This document shows positions 1-10,182 of a DNA stretch of 64,000 bases, piece after piece. Location: assembly GCA_028277945.1 (NCBI GenBank), contig JANQFH010000068.1:272400-336399 (forward strand), in the 5' to 3' direction. This DNA comes from Oligoflexia bacterium. Lineage in GTDB: Bacteria > Bdellovibrionota_G > JANQFH01. Position 1 is the stretch's first letter. Each line of letters starts with the position of its first letter. A program made the position numbers and the translations under genes. A model generated the notes under the pieces. It saw only the letters and a list, made by a program, of their open reading frames with translations. It was not told where the DNA came from and did not search any database.

Positions 1-68
1 GACTATCTAGAGTGTCTGTAGGTTGAGATAAAAGAAAATCACCCAATCTCTTTCCTGTCAAGCAACTA

Positions 69-90
69 TCCCTGAAAGTAAGGCCATACC
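69..90. repeat. half-site copy of the 16398-16470 palindromic repeat
   Basis: 21/22 identity to the right arm of the 16410-16459 palindrome. It lies 65 bp upstream of the first ORF. Confidence 0.6.
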
Positions 91-157
91 TTTTTATTTA
101 AGATGCCCTTGCTTTTCAGTTTTGACGGTGTAGCGTGCCAAGATCCAAAGAATCCCT

Positions 158-943
158 ATGATGTCACAACGCAAACTCCACAGAAAGCGTTGCTCGTTTA
201 GCGGTGCTCTTGGCAAACGCTTAGCGGCGATCCTTGATCTTCCCGCAGCCGAGCCCAAGGCTTACGGGCTCTTTGCCACCTGCTTCACCTGCACCAAGGA
301 CTATCGAGCGCCGGTGCGCATTGGCGAAGCACTGGCAAGGCAAGGCATCGCCCTGCTGCGGTTTGACTATACGGGGTTGGGAGGCAGCAGCGGCAGTTTT
401 TCTCATACCAACTTCAGAACCAACGTTGATGATCTCGTGCAAGCCGCTGCCTTTTTGCGCCGCCAGTTTGACTCTCCCAAGTTTTTGGTTGGTCTTAGTT
501 TGGGCGGAGCCGCAGCCATCGTTGCCGCCAAACGTCTGGCTGCGGTGCAAGCGGTGGTGACGATAAACACCCCGAGCCATACCGAACATCTGCTCGAGCA
601 TTTTAAGTCAGAGCTGCCGATGGTCGAGACAAATGGTGCAGCCAAGGTCTGTATCTACCATAGAGAATTTTTATTAACTCGGCAGCTGGTTGATGATCTC
701 AGGCGTTATGACCTGCAGCAAGAAGTAGCAGCCCTTCAACCAGCGCTACTGGTGATGCATGCGAGCAGAGACAGTACCATTACCATGGACCACGCCCACC
801 GGCTTTTTAGTGCCGCAACAGAACCCAAACAGCTAGTTTTGTTAGACCGAGGCGATCATCTTCTCTCTGCAAGAGAGGTCGGTGAACAAGCAGGCGAACA
901 GATCGCCCACTGGCTCTCGACTCTAATGAAAGGTGGGCGATGA
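158..943 (+). CDS. alpha/beta-fold serine hydrolase
   Basis: 261-aa ORF. Nucleophile-elbow motif 'GLSLGGAAA' (GxSxG). Family-level call only. The true start may be an internal Met. Confidence 0.6.
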   Translation: MMSQRKLHRKRCSFSGALGKRLAAILDLPAAEPKAYGLFATCFTCTKDYRAPVRIGEALARQGIALLRFDYTGLGGSSGSFSHTNFRTNVDDLVQAAAFLRRQFDSPKFLVGLSLGGAAAIVAAKRLAAVQAVVTINTPSHTEHLLEHFKSELPMVETNGAAKVCIYHREFLLTRQLVDDLRRYDLQQEVAALQPALLVMHASRDSTITMDHAHRLFSAATEPKQLVLLDRGDHLLSAREVGEQAGEQIAHWLSTLMKGGR

Positions 944-1669
944 GTTTTCGTCCTCTTCTTTCTTTTGATCTGGGCGGACAATACGTAAACGCCCGCGTCG
1001 ACGGCGATGACGCATGAACTTATGTAGATCTGGCAACTGCAGCCGTCCCGAATAGTAGAGAAACCACAGCAACCCAAACAGTAGTCCACCGAGATGGGCG
1101 ACATGGCTGATGTTATCTCGCTGCGAACCCACGGTAGCGAAAAATTCCAATAGGGCAATGACCAGAACGAGGTACTTTGCCTTCATGGGCAATACGAACA
1201 TGACCAAGATAATGCGATTTGGATAGGACATGGCAAAGGCGAGTAGCAGGGCCATGATGGCACCCGAAGCACCGATGGTGACGTTGTAGGAGGTCCATGA
1301 GGTGAGCACAACCAATAGACCCGCCGCAATTCCAGAAAGAAAGTAGTAACGCAAAAAGAGCTTGCCACCCCACGCTCGCTCAATGTCAGCCCCAAACCAC
1401 CAGAGCATCAACATGTTAAAGATGAGGTGGAAGGAGAGCCAAGAGGTTGAGTCGTGGAGAAACAGATAGGTGATGAGTTGCCAGAAGGTACGCTGCTGGG
1501 TCACCAGTGCCGGTCGCAGGCCTAAAATGTTATAGACTTCATTAGGATGAATAGCAGCAATCTTAATCAACAGAAAAATGGTGACGTTGATAATAATGAG
1601 CAGCCGTACAGTGGGAGTTAGCGGACCACCTAGGGAAAAGCGCACGTTCGCATGAAGCGGCTGAGTCAT
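923..1669 (-). CDS. rhomboid-family intramembrane serine protease
   Basis: 248 aa, polytopic. Catalytic 'GASGAIMALL' (GxSG) and downstream 'HLGGLLFG' His motif within predicted TM helices. Convergent 21-nt overlap with the previous gene. Confidence 0.75.
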   Translation of the reverse strand: MTQPLHANVRFSLGGPLTPTVRLLIIINVTIFLLIKIAAIHPNEVYNILGLRPALVTQQRTFWQLITYLFLHDSTSWLSFHLIFNMLMLWWFGADIERAWGGKLFLRYYFLSGIAAGLLVVLTSWTSYNVTIGASGAIMALLLAFAMSYPNRIILVMFVLPMKAKYLVLVIALLEFFATVGSQRDNISHVAHLGGLLFGLLWFLYYSGRLQLPDLHKFMRHRRRRGRLRIVRPDQKKEEDENSSPTFH

Positions 1670-1678
1670 AGGCAGACT

Positions 1679-2536
1679 TTACTTTTGTGCCTGGTTGCTG
1701 TCAATCGCGCTTGGCTGGTTTTCTTTTGCATATAAGGGGGTTATGTTTTGTCCCTGCAGTAGAGACCAGGCGCCGACCTCTCTAAGGTGCTGCTGTTTTG
1801 CCCAACCTTTATGTTCCTGCCTCGGCCCGGTGGCAATCTTCCACCAAGCTGGTTTTTTCTCCAAGATGGTAAAGCTTGCCCCTTGGCCCAGCTTGAGGAT
1901 GGGGATGAAGTCCACTCCCCTTCCAGAGCGTAACTCCACGGTTGGTGCAACTACGATGCCCTCTGGCTGCTTCAGCCGCCAGCTTGCAATCAACAGGGAA
2001 ATGCACAGTGGTAGGTAAACGGCGAGGCCGGTCGCAAAGATATTGAGCCAAGCTCTTCTGCCAATCCACGGTCTTAAAGCGATGATGAGAAAGAAAGCTA
2101 GATGCACTAGAAGGGTTACGAACAACAGAGTGCGTAAGGAGGTATGGTGAATCCAAAAGAAGATGTTCTCAAACCAAGGTCGCGATTCTTCAGTGGTAAG
2201 CTTTAGCTTGTCAGCAAGTGTCTCTATGTTGGCTTTGAGGTCTTGGTCATTTGGAATAAAGAGCTCTGCCCGTCTGTACTGCAACATGGCCATGCCATAC
2301 TCACCAAGACGAAAGTGGCAGTTACCAAGGTTATAGAGGAGATGGCCATTGCTCGAACCTTGCTTGGCCATCTCTGTTAAGGCCTGTTGGTAGTGCCTCT
2401 TGGCCATGGCAAACTCTCCTTTGGCATAGGCCGTCTCGGCCTCGCCAATCTGTAGTGCCACGGGAGTGGCCCACCCTAGTTGAGCGAATATGAGCGCAAG
2501 GTTGCAGCATATCAGTAGAGTAAGCCTTGGTTTCAT
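1679..2536 (-). CDS. TPR-repeat protein with N-terminal signal peptide and C-terminal TM region; last gene of the Bat-type operon (BatC/BatE-like)
   Basis: 285 aa. Signal-like N-terminus, TPR-like helical repeats ('AYAKGEFAMAKRHYQQAL...LYNLGNCHFRLGEYGMAMLQYRRA'). 4-nt overlap with the upstream gene (2533-2536). Confidence 0.5.
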   Translation of the reverse strand: MKPRLTLLICCNLALIFAQLGWATPVALQIGEAETAYAKGEFAMAKRHYQQALTEMAKQGSSNGHLLYNLGNCHFRLGEYGMAMLQYRRAELFIPNDQDLKANIETLADKLKLTTEESRPWFENIFFWIHHTSLRTLLFVTLLVHLAFFLIIALRPWIGRRAWLNIFATGLAVYLPLCISLLIASWRLKQPEGIVVAPTVELRSGRGVDFIPILKLGQGASFTILEKKPAWWKIATGPRQEHKGWAKQQHLREVGAWSLLQGQNITPLYAKENQPSAIDSNQAQK

Positions 2537-4404
2537 TTGGTTGCCTTATGGACAATATGAATAGATTTCTTTGTCCTTGCTATGAGTCCGTCAAGATGAT
2601 CCCCTGCACTTTTGTCGCTATGGAGTCCAAGGCGCGATACTTCAAGGTCGTGAAGCAGATCAGAAACCTGTTGCAGTTTTTCCTGTGTCAGAGAGTACTC
2701 TTGCAGAGCTCTCTGCAACTCCTCTTCGGTAACCAGGCCCGTAGGTAGCAACAGCCGCTCTTTCAGGTATTCACTGAAGGTGGTGTAGAGTTCTTCGTAG
2801 GTCGAGCGATCTTGTGCGGGTCGTTTTCTTGTTGTTCGCTGCAACACTTGCAGTCGCTGCCTCGCTCTTTTGGCAGCACTTTTTCTTAAACGGTCACGCA
2901 GGGTCGTGGGATCTTTACGACTCGCTGCACCTATAGCTAGAGAGCCGATGGCGATAAACAACGGCAGCAGCAAGAGGATGAGTACAAACGGTGAGGTTAG
3001 CCGCACACTTTGGCGGTCGCGTGTCTCGATTCCCGTGTGATTAGGCAGGATGTCTACAGCGAGCCGTTGCAGCTTACGGCTGGACAGCGGTGTCTGTACG
3101 GTGTCGCTAGCTGCGAACCCCCCGGAAGTTACGGTGTCTTCATCGGCAGCAGGAGTAACTCGGAAGTTTAACGAGTTGGTTGTCGCTCTTTTGTAGGTGG
3201 CGCTCTGTGGATCAAAGTAACTAAAGCTCAATGGCCCAATGGTGAGCTCGCCCTCTTCTAGAGGTACGATGGCACTCTTAAGACTACGGTATTGCAAGAG
3301 GCGATTGTTGCCAGCCTGTTTTGTCGCTTGAGTTGAGACCACAGGTTTGTCATCGTAGCGTTTAAAGCGGGTGGTTTCGCTCCACTCCGAAACAATGTCA
3401 CGTTTTAGGTTGATAGTTCCGCTTAACTCTGTGGTGACCGTTAGGGAGCTACCCTTAGCGATTTCGCGTATACCCTCAGGAGCGGAAAGCTGAGCACGCA
3501 AGCTGCCCACAAGCCCAGAGAAGTCTGATGGCTTGCCTGCCGTGGGTAAGGGTAGTACTTGGATGGTGTGTGGCTGGCTCGCTACGCTCACGGGTTCGCG
3601 AATGCCGACGTTAAAGAAAGGATCGCGGAAAAAACGGTTGAAAAAATCATCGCGACTGCCTTGTGCCCGGACAATATGAAAGTCGAAGTATGCTGGGCTG
3701 ATGGTCAACTTACCTGGCTTGGTGGGATAAAAGGCCTTTTGCAAGCTGATAACTCGATAGAGCTGGCCTTTTACATTCTCGGCACTGTTGGTTGCTTCAC
3801 CCATACTCTCGGCCCAAAAACCCTCGACCTCGGGTCCCGACAACTTTACGTCGTGGATCTGCGGTTGGTAGTAGAGGCGTAACGTATAGATAATCTGTTC
3901 GCCTACATAGGCGCGTGTTTTATCAACAGAGGAGCCGGTAAAATAGGCCGTCGTACTTGCGGCGTTATTTTGGGCGGTGGTGCGTTCCTGCACTGCAAAG
4001 GTTAGCGGTTGGCTGTGATAGGTCTTGCCCTGGTACTGCACACGAATGGGGTCTATGGTGAAGGTTCCCGGTCGCGACGGTATGAGCGTGTAGGCATACT
4101 GTTTGGCGATAGATTGGCGTCCGTTGACGATGGAAACGCTGGTGGAGGTAGAGGTCGATGTAAGACGGAAGTCCGCAAGCTCCGGAAGTTTAGGGTCGCT
4201 CGTTTCCTGGACGCCTTGCACCTCAACCACGAGCCGCATGACTTGGCCGACAACGGGGTTGGTCGGTTCGATACGCGGGTTGATCGTCACCGTCTGTGCC
4301 AGCAGCGCCGTCGGTGCCCACAAGCCTATGAGCAGATAGCACCCCATCTGCGGTTGCCATAACCCTCGCATTACCAATCCTCTGTTGGTGTACGCTTCTT
4401 CCAC
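2533..4404 (-). CDS. BatD-like large secreted/membrane-anchored protein (oxygen-tolerance operon component)
   Basis: 623 aa, signal peptide, C-proximal TM segment ('FVLILLLLPLFIAIGSLAIGAA') followed by a charged tail. Sits directly downstream of the VWA genes, as in Bat operons. Confidence 0.5.
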   Translation of the reverse strand: MEEAYTNRGLVMRGLWQPQMGCYLLIGLWAPTALLAQTVTINPRIEPTNPVVGQVMRLVVEVQGVQETSDPKLPELADFRLTSTSTSTSVSIVNGRQSIAKQYAYTLIPSRPGTFTIDPIRVQYQGKTYHSQPLTFAVQERTTAQNNAASTTAYFTGSSVDKTRAYVGEQIIYTLRLYYQPQIHDVKLSGPEVEGFWAESMGEATNSAENVKGQLYRVISLQKAFYPTKPGKLTISPAYFDFHIVRAQGSRDDFFNRFFRDPFFNVGIREPVSVASQPHTIQVLPLPTAGKPSDFSGLVGSLRAQLSAPEGIREIAKGSSLTVTTELSGTINLKRDIVSEWSETTRFKRYDDKPVVSTQATKQAGNNRLLQYRSLKSAIVPLEEGELTIGPLSFSYFDPQSATYKRATTNSLNFRVTPAADEDTVTSGGFAASDTVQTPLSSRKLQRLAVDILPNHTGIETRDRQSVRLTSPFVLILLLLPLFIAIGSLAIGAASRKDPTTLRDRLRKSAAKRARQRLQVLQRTTRKRPAQDRSTYEELYTTFSEYLKERLLLPTGLVTEEELQRALQEYSLTQEKLQQVSDLLHDLEVSRLGLHSDKSAGDHLDGLIARTKKSIHIVHKATK

Positions 4405-6095
4405 ATCTTGAGCTGTAATGCCTTTTTGAGTGCTTCGCGACCATCTTCTTCAACGGTAGCAAGCCACTGTTTGGCCTCTTCTGCAGCAAACTCCTTTTCT
4501 GTGTCCGGTTGCTTTTCTGCTGCGTCACGGCTTGACTCATCTGGGCGATCCCTTGTCTGTTGATCAAGACCTTGCTGTTGCTGCCGTTGCTCTGGGCTAT
4601 CCTCAGGTTTCGGTTGCTGCTGGGATGATGGCTCGGATTCCTCGTTTTGTTCTTGCTGGTTGTTTTGCGGTTGCTTTTGTTGCTGCTCAAGGAGCTTTTT
4701 TGCTAGCTCGAGGTTGTGCTTTGCCTCTCTGTCATCGGCGGCAAGTTTCAGTGCCTGTTCGTAACTATCGATAGCCTCTTGATAGCGCTGTTGGCGAAAA
4801 AGTGCATTGCCACGATTATAGAATGCCTCTTGCTTGAGAAAGGGGTCTTGGGTATTGCTCGCTCGGCTGAATGCTTCTGCCGCCTCAGAAAATTTTCCCA
4901 AACGGTAGTAGGCGTTGCCGCTGTTGAAGTGAATGGCGGCGTTGTCTGGATCATCTACCTGACCCCGGGCAAAATTTTGCAGCGCCTCGGCATACTGCTG
5001 GTTGTTGTATGCTTCGGTGCCCTGGCTCAGGGGTCCAGCAATCAGCGATTGCGGCGCAAGTAGAGGCGTTAACAGTAAGAGGGCCGCGAGCTGTTTCTTT
5101 GCCGGCGTTCTGGCAACCATGCCCTGCTGGAGTAGAAACAGCAGAATGGCACCAAGCAAGAAGATTTGATAGCGCTCATAGTACTGTTTACGCCGTTCCT
5201 GCCGCAAGTCGCTGTCACCAAAACGTCTACCAATGCCTTGTTCATACACTTGCTGTAGATCAAGGTCTCCAGCCACCGACCGGACATAGCCGCCGTCTGT
5301 CTGTGTGGCGATCTCTCTTAAGACGGTCTCGTTGAGCCTGGTGAGAATCACGTTACCCTGCTGGTCTTTACGAAAACCACTGCCATTTGCCGTAGGTATA
5401 GGAGCACCAGTAGGTGAGCCAATACCAACGACAAAAATCTTAACCTCTGCATCATTGGCTTTTTTTAGCGCACTCTGTAACTTTTGCTGATGGTCTTCAC
5501 CATCTGTGATCAGCAGGATACTCTTTTGGCGTGGACTCTGCGGTTCAAATCCCGCCACTGCTGTCTCAATGGCGCTGCCGAGATTTGTGCCCTGGACTGG
5601 AATGAGATCGGTATTCAGGTAGTCGAGAAATATGCTGAAGGACTCTAAATCGTGCGTCAGCGGACAGAGTATATGACTCTCACCAGCAAAGGCCACTAGG
5701 CCGATGCGCTCACCCTGCAATACTTTTAACAGATCGACAATTTCGCGTCGGGCCCGTTCTAATCGAGTTGGCTGGAAGTCGGTGGCCCGCATACTATCGG
5801 AAACATCTACCAATACAAAGAGATCGCTGCCCCTATCACGTACTTGCATCCACTGAAATCCCCACTGCGGTCGGAGAAAGGCGAAGAAGAGCAGGACCAT
5901 GGCAGAAAAACCAACGACTGCCTGCCACCTGCGCAGTTGCGGCCGAAACCGCGGCAGAATCTGCCGCAGGATTTCTGTCGTGGCAAGTTTCTGCAGAGCC
6001 TTCTGTTGTTGTAAGAGACTGTAAATCAGGATCATCCCCAGCACTAACAGTAGCCATGAGTAGATGAGGAATGTGCCATTAGCCAAACGCATCAA
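4371..6095 (-). CDS. VWA-domain + TPR protein (BatB-like) with Q/E-rich low-complexity C-terminal tail
   Basis: 574 aa. N-terminal TM segments. VWA MIDAS-like 'DVSDSM'. TPR-like repeats ('YNNQQYAEALQNF', 'FNSGNAYYRLGKFSEAAEAF', 'YNRGNALFRQQRYQEAIDSYEQAL'). C-terminus 'QQQKQPQNNQQEQNEESEPSSQQQPKPEDSPEQRQQQQ'. 4-nt overlap with the upstream gene. Confidence 0.7.
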   Translation of the reverse strand: MMRLANGTFLIYSWLLLVLGMILIYSLLQQQKALQKLATTEILRQILPRFRPQLRRWQAVVGFSAMVLLFFAFLRPQWGFQWMQVRDRGSDLFVLVDVSDSMRATDFQPTRLERARREIVDLLKVLQGERIGLVAFAGESHILCPLTHDLESFSIFLDYLNTDLIPVQGTNLGSAIETAVAGFEPQSPRQKSILLITDGEDHQQKLQSALKKANDAEVKIFVVGIGSPTGAPIPTANGSGFRKDQQGNVILTRLNETVLREIATQTDGGYVRSVAGDLDLQQVYEQGIGRRFGDSDLRQERRKQYYERYQIFLLGAILLFLLQQGMVARTPAKKQLAALLLLTPLLAPQSLIAGPLSQGTEAYNNQQYAEALQNFARGQVDDPDNAAIHFNSGNAYYRLGKFSEAAEAFSRASNTQDPFLKQEAFYNRGNALFRQQRYQEAIDSYEQALKLAADDREAKHNLELAKKLLEQQQKQPQNNQQEQNEESEPSSQQQPKPEDSPEQRQQQQGLDQQTRDRPDESSRDAAEKQPDTEKEFAAEEAKQWLATVEEDGREALKKALQLKMWKKRTPTEDW

Positions 6096-7093
6096 GGAAT
6101 CCTCCGCAGCGCCGTACTCTCTGTTACCATAACACAGGCCATGAGCAGCAGTGCTGGCATAAGCAGGGTGGCAAAGAGGTCCGTATACTGATGATGTTCT
6201 TTGAACTTGATCTCTGTTCTTTCAAGCGCATCGATCTGGGTGTAGATTTTCCGTAGGGACTCTGTGTCCGTGGCATGAAAATAAAGACCGCCGGTGGTGA
6301 AGGCGATCTCTTTGAGCAGTTCTTCATCAAGTTCTAAACGCCGATTCACCATACGCGTGCCAAAAAATCCCTCCACTGGAAAAGGCACGGGTTCATCCGA
6401 GCCGACGCCAATCGTATAGATCTTGATGCCCAAAGCCTTGGCCATCTCAGCTGCCCTCTGTGGTTCAATGTCACCAGCGGTGTTTTTGCCGTCGGTCAAC
6501 AAGATCATGACTTTGGACTGTGACGTAGAGGATTCCAGCCTCTTGCTAGCCACTGCAATGGCGGAACCCAGCGCGGTACCCCGACCTGCCATGCCAATGA
6601 AGATCCAATCCATAAACCGCTGCAGGATTCGGTGGTCTAGAGTTGGCGGACATTGCGTGAAGGCGCTTTCGCCAAAGACAACAATGCCTATCCGGTCTGC
6701 CTCTCTTCCCTTAATGAAGTCGGCAGCGACCTGTTTGACGATAGTAAGCCTATCTTGACGTTTGTCACCAGAGACAAAGTCCATTGCCTGCATACTTCCT
6801 GATGTATCCAGGGTTAAGACAATATCAACACCCTCTGTGAGTCGTTCGATTTCGGTAGTTCCAGATTGCGGCCGTGCAAGGGCGATGATCATCAAGCTTA
6901 AAGCAGCAAAACGCAGGCTTGTTAGCACAGCAGCGGTAATCCGTGGACGTTGCGAGGCGTGTGGTTTGAGCCACTGCAACGTCGGTAGGTAGAGTGCCGC
7001 CGGCCGATGCCTTCTTCGATAAAACAACATGAGTGGTAACAGCAAGAACAGTGCAAAAGCCCAGGGAGATGCAAAGTGTAAATTAGAAACCAT
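6092..7093 (-). CDS. VWA-domain membrane protein (BatA-like)
   Basis: 333 aa. N-terminal TM helices, then a VWA fold with 'DTSGSM' MIDAS motif and 'LLTDG' motif. Confidence 0.75.
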   Translation of the reverse strand: MVSNLHFASPWAFALFLLLPLMLFYRRRHRPAALYLPTLQWLKPHASQRPRITAAVLTSLRFAALSLMIIALARPQSGTTEIERLTEGVDIVLTLDTSGSMQAMDFVSGDKRQDRLTIVKQVAADFIKGREADRIGIVVFGESAFTQCPPTLDHRILQRFMDWIFIGMAGRGTALGSAIAVASKRLESSTSQSKVMILLTDGKNTAGDIEPQRAAEMAKALGIKIYTIGVGSDEPVPFPVEGFFGTRMVNRRLELDEELLKEIAFTTGGLYFHATDTESLRKIYTQIDALERTEIKFKEHHQYTDLFATLLMPALLLMACVMVTESTALRRIP

Positions 7094-7097
7094 GGCC

Positions 7098-7613
7098 TTA
7101 CTGCCTCTCCCCTATTGGCCGATGTCCTTCGGCAATCTCGTGCATGCTCTTTTCTACCCATTCCATATCATGGCTACTCGGTTGATTAGAGGCATACTTC
7201 ACAGGATCGATAACAGCGAAAAGACGACGGATTGTTGTCATCTCAGCATCGGAAAAATAGTAAGCGCGTTGCAATTGCTGCAGGACCTCTTCACTGGTGC
7301 GATCGGTGGCGGGGAAGCGGTAGCGGCGTTCGATATATTCACGGAAGAGAAAGCTGAGTTGATAACAGTGCTCTACTCGGCTCAAGTTTTTTGTCGTGAG
7401 CCCTTCCATGGCGGCGATGAACCAATGGTAAGGATCGATCTCTTTGGTCAAGATTGTGCTGGTCTGTTTATGATGCCGCCAGCGCCACCATAGAAATATG
7501 ATAAGGGTTATAACGATGACCAGGGTTATCACCAGCCAGAGCCATAGCAGACTACTATCCTCTAGTGGGATAATGGGTCGAATGTCATAGATATCCTGTG
7601 GCTCTTGGTTCAT
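7098..7613 (-). CDS. small membrane protein of the Bat/MoxR operon (DUF4381-like)
   Basis: 171 aa with one strongly hydrophobic TM helix ('LWLWLVITLVIVITLIIFLWW'). Lies between the DUF58 and VWA genes and is coupled by a 4-nt overlap. Confidence 0.45.
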   Translation of the reverse strand: MNQEPQDIYDIRPIIPLEDSSLLWLWLVITLVIVITLIIFLWWRWRHHKQTSTILTKEIDPYHWFIAAMEGLTTKNLSRVEHCYQLSFLFREYIERRYRFPATDRTSEEVLQQLQRAYYFSDAEMTTIRRLFAVIDPVKYASNQPSSHDMEWVEKSMHEIAEGHRPIGERQ

Positions 7614-8488
7614 CGTTTTTTTTCCCGCTGGTGAAAGAAAGCCGCCAATACCTTCATATAGTCTTGGGTGCTATCGACAAATAGGCAGTGACCTCCAGCA
7701 CGATGGAGCGTCTGCTTTAAGTTTTCATTTTTACGTCGCAGTTGCAGCTGTAGTTGCTTCTGCAAACCTCTATTGCGCGTGTCTATGAGTAGGGATTCCC
7801 CGCTTTCCGGATCTTCCAGTTGGACAAGCCCCACTGCCGGCAATCCTCCCTCCATAGGATCTCGAATCGTAATACCGATGAGATCGTGCTTTTTTGCAGC
7901 AATGGTAAGCGGTTGCTGAAAAGGTTTGGGGTCTATGAAGTCCGAGAGCACAAAGACCACGCCGCGTCTAAGCAGCAGCTGATTGAGAAAGCGTAGTGCC
8001 CTGGCAATGTCGGTTTTTTCACCGCGAGATTCAAACTGTAGGATTTCGCGAATGACTCGCCAGACGTGACCACGCCCCTTTTTTGGTAGGATGAAGCGCT
8101 CAACGTGATCGGTGAAGAGAATCAAGCCAACGTTGTCGTTGTTCTTGATCGCGGAAAAGGCGAGAATAGCGGCAAGTTCGGCAATGAGATTACGCTTGAG
8201 CGGACCCTTGGAACCAAAAATACCCGAAGAACTCATATCCGCGAGTAACATAACGGTAAGTTCGCGTTCTTCTCGGTAAATCTTAATGTAGGGCTCACCC
8301 AGTCTAGCGGTGACGTTCCAATCGATGTCGCGTACATCGTCGCCAGGAACATACTGGCGCACCTCTTGAAATTCCATACCCTTGCCACGAAAAGCCGATT
8401 GGTAGCTTCCCGCGACAGAGGCATTTACAAGGTGGTTGGTTTTGATGTGAATCTGTCGGACCTTACGTAGCAGCTCCGGGGACAGCAC
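7610..8488 (-). CDS. DUF58-domain protein (MoxR-associated)
   Basis: 292 aa. Canonical position immediately downstream of the MoxR ATPase. Conserved 'FRGKGMEF...REY..GDD.R.IDW' block typical of DUF58. Confidence 0.7.
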   Translation of the reverse strand: MLSPELLRKVRQIHIKTNHLVNASVAGSYQSAFRGKGMEFQEVRQYVPGDDVRDIDWNVTARLGEPYIKIYREERELTVMLLADMSSSGIFGSKGPLKRNLIAELAAILAFSAIKNNDNVGLILFTDHVERFILPKKGRGHVWRVIREILQFESRGEKTDIARALRFLNQLLLRRGVVFVLSDFIDPKPFQQPLTIAAKKHDLIGITIRDPMEGGLPAVGLVQLEDPESGESLLIDTRNRGLQKQLQLQLRRKNENLKQTLHRAGGHCLFVDSTQDYMKVLAAFFHQREKKR

Positions 8489-8513
8489 AGTTACTCCTCC
8501 AGACGCGCACGCC

Positions 8514-9575
8514 TCAAGGCACGTCGATACAATCGAGAATTTTTTGGATGATCTGGTCTGTGGTTAACTGCTCAGCCTCAGCCTCGTAAGTCAGGATGAT
8601 ACGGTGACGTACCACATCTGGAAAGATGTTTTTAACATCCTGAGGTGTGACAAAGCCACGACCGCGTAGCAACGCAAGCGCTCGGGCAGCACGGTTCAGG
8701 TTGATGCAAGCTCGTGGAGAGGCACCAAATTGGATATAGGCAGCTATATCAAGCTGAAACTTTTCTGGTTGCCGTGTTGCACTGACAAGGTCGAGAATGT
8801 AGTTTTTTACCTTTTCATCAATGTAGACACTGTCGAGGAGTTGCTGGCCGCGCATAATGTCGTTCTTATCGATGACCGTGTTTACTGTGGGTGTCTCCTT
8901 CATGCTCATGCGTTCCATAATGAGCCTCTCTTCATCTCGGCTTGGATAGTTGACGACCAACTTCATCATAAAGCGGTCTACCTGTGCCTCTGGAAGCGGA
9001 TACGTGCCCTCTTGTTCGATGGGGTTTTGCGTTGCCATGACAAAAAAAGGTGTTGGCAGAGAAAACGTTTCACTACCAATGGTAATCTGACGCTCCTGCA
9101 TGGCCTCCAGCAGAGCCGACTGTACCTTGGATGGGGCGCGGTTGATTTCATCGGCAAGAATGATGTTTGCAAACAGCGGTCCCTGTTTAACGCTAAAGTC
9201 TCCGGATTTAGGGTTAAAAATCTGTGTGCCCACAAGGTCCGATGGCAACAGATCGGGTGTAAATTGGATGCGTTGAAAATCGGTATCAATTGCTGTGGCT
9301 ATGGTCCGGACGACTGTCGTCTTGGCAAGTCCTGGTACGCCTTCAACGAGGATGTGTCCATCAGCAAAGATTCCCACAAGTAAACGTTCGATCAAATAGT
9401 TTTGCCCGACAACAACTCGTGAAATCTCTGCTGTCAACCGCTTAACAAACTCTATTTCGGCAGCGATCTCTTCGGGCTTTTTAATGTTGGTCGCACCCTG
9501 CTGTGTCTGCACGGTTCTCTTCCTCCTTACGATACCTTCCCACCTGTACTCTGGCCGCACGGATGAGTCGGCCAC
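8514..9575 (-). CDS. moxR: MoxR-family AAA+ ATPase
   Basis: 353 aa. Walker A 'GVPGLAKTT', Walker B 'ILADEINRA', and 'VVGQ' N-terminal motif. The annotated start overlaps grpE by about 95 nt, and an internal GTG (Val22) is an alternative start. Confidence 0.85.
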   Translation of the reverse strand: MADSSVRPEYRWEGIVRRKRTVQTQQGATNIKKPEEIAAEIEFVKRLTAEISRVVVGQNYLIERLLVGIFADGHILVEGVPGLAKTTVVRTIATAIDTDFQRIQFTPDLLPSDLVGTQIFNPKSGDFSVKQGPLFANIILADEINRAPSKVQSALLEAMQERQITIGSETFSLPTPFFVMATQNPIEQEGTYPLPEAQVDRFMMKLVVNYPSRDEERLIMERMSMKETPTVNTVIDKNDIMRGQQLLDSVYIDEKVKNYILDLVSATRQPEKFQLDIAAYIQFGASPRACINLNRAARALALLRGRGFVTPQDVKNIFPDVVRHRIILTYEAEAEQLTTDQIIQKILDCIDVP

Positions 9576-10182
9576 TGATTTCGTAGCCTCGGCTTAGCTC
9601 TTTGACAACGATGTTGTCGATACTAGGATCGGCCCTCTCTTCTACTGCGACGGCCTCACACTTTTGTGGATCAAAGGGTTTGTCAATAACGTCAAGCACC
9701 TCGACACCAGCATCGGCTAACGTCTTTAAGAACTGCTGATGTACCATAGCAATACCCTCGACAATCTCGGGTGCATCGGTACGGGTGTTTTGCTCTTGAA
9801 GGGACTTTAAACTACGTTCCAGATTATCAACGACTTCAAGCAAGGGTGCAAACAGCTCAACTTTTAGATTGAGTAGGTCAGAGTCGAGTTGGCGCTCGAG
9901 CCTTTGTCGCATCTGTTTCTGTTCCTCCCGCAACGCCCGGATAGCACTGCCTAGTTGGCTGATCTCGTTTTCCTTCTGCTGGAGTTTCTTTTCAAGCTTT
10001 TCGACATGGCTTGGCAGCCTGGTCGTGGTGGTATCTCTGTCTTCATCGTCTAGCCGTGCCCAAAAACGTCGATCGTGCACGGCAAAGCTCTGATCTTCAC
10101 CACGCTCTCTCTCTTTTGGTGCCTCTTTCACTGGCTGCTTGGAGGCAGGTCGCTTCTTTTTTATCTTGGTTTTACGCTTCAT
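9481..10182 (-). CDS. grpE: nucleotide exchange factor GrpE
   Basis: 233 aa. The C-terminal domain aligns with E. coli GrpE ('GVEVLDVIDKPFDPQKCEAVAVEE...VVKELSRGYEISGRLIRAARVQV'). Coiled-coil N-terminus. Its 3' end overlaps moxR. Confidence 0.8.
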   Translation of the reverse strand: MKRKTKIKKKRPASKQPVKEAPKERERGEDQSFAVHDRRFWARLDDEDRDTTTTRLPSHVEKLEKKLQQKENEISQLGSAIRALREEQKQMRQRLERQLDSDLLNLKVELFAPLLEVVDNLERSLKSLQEQNTRTDAPEIVEGIAMVHQQFLKTLADAGVEVLDVIDKPFDPQKCEAVAVEERADPSIDNIVVKELSRGYEISGRLIRAARVQVGRYRKEEENRADTAGCDQH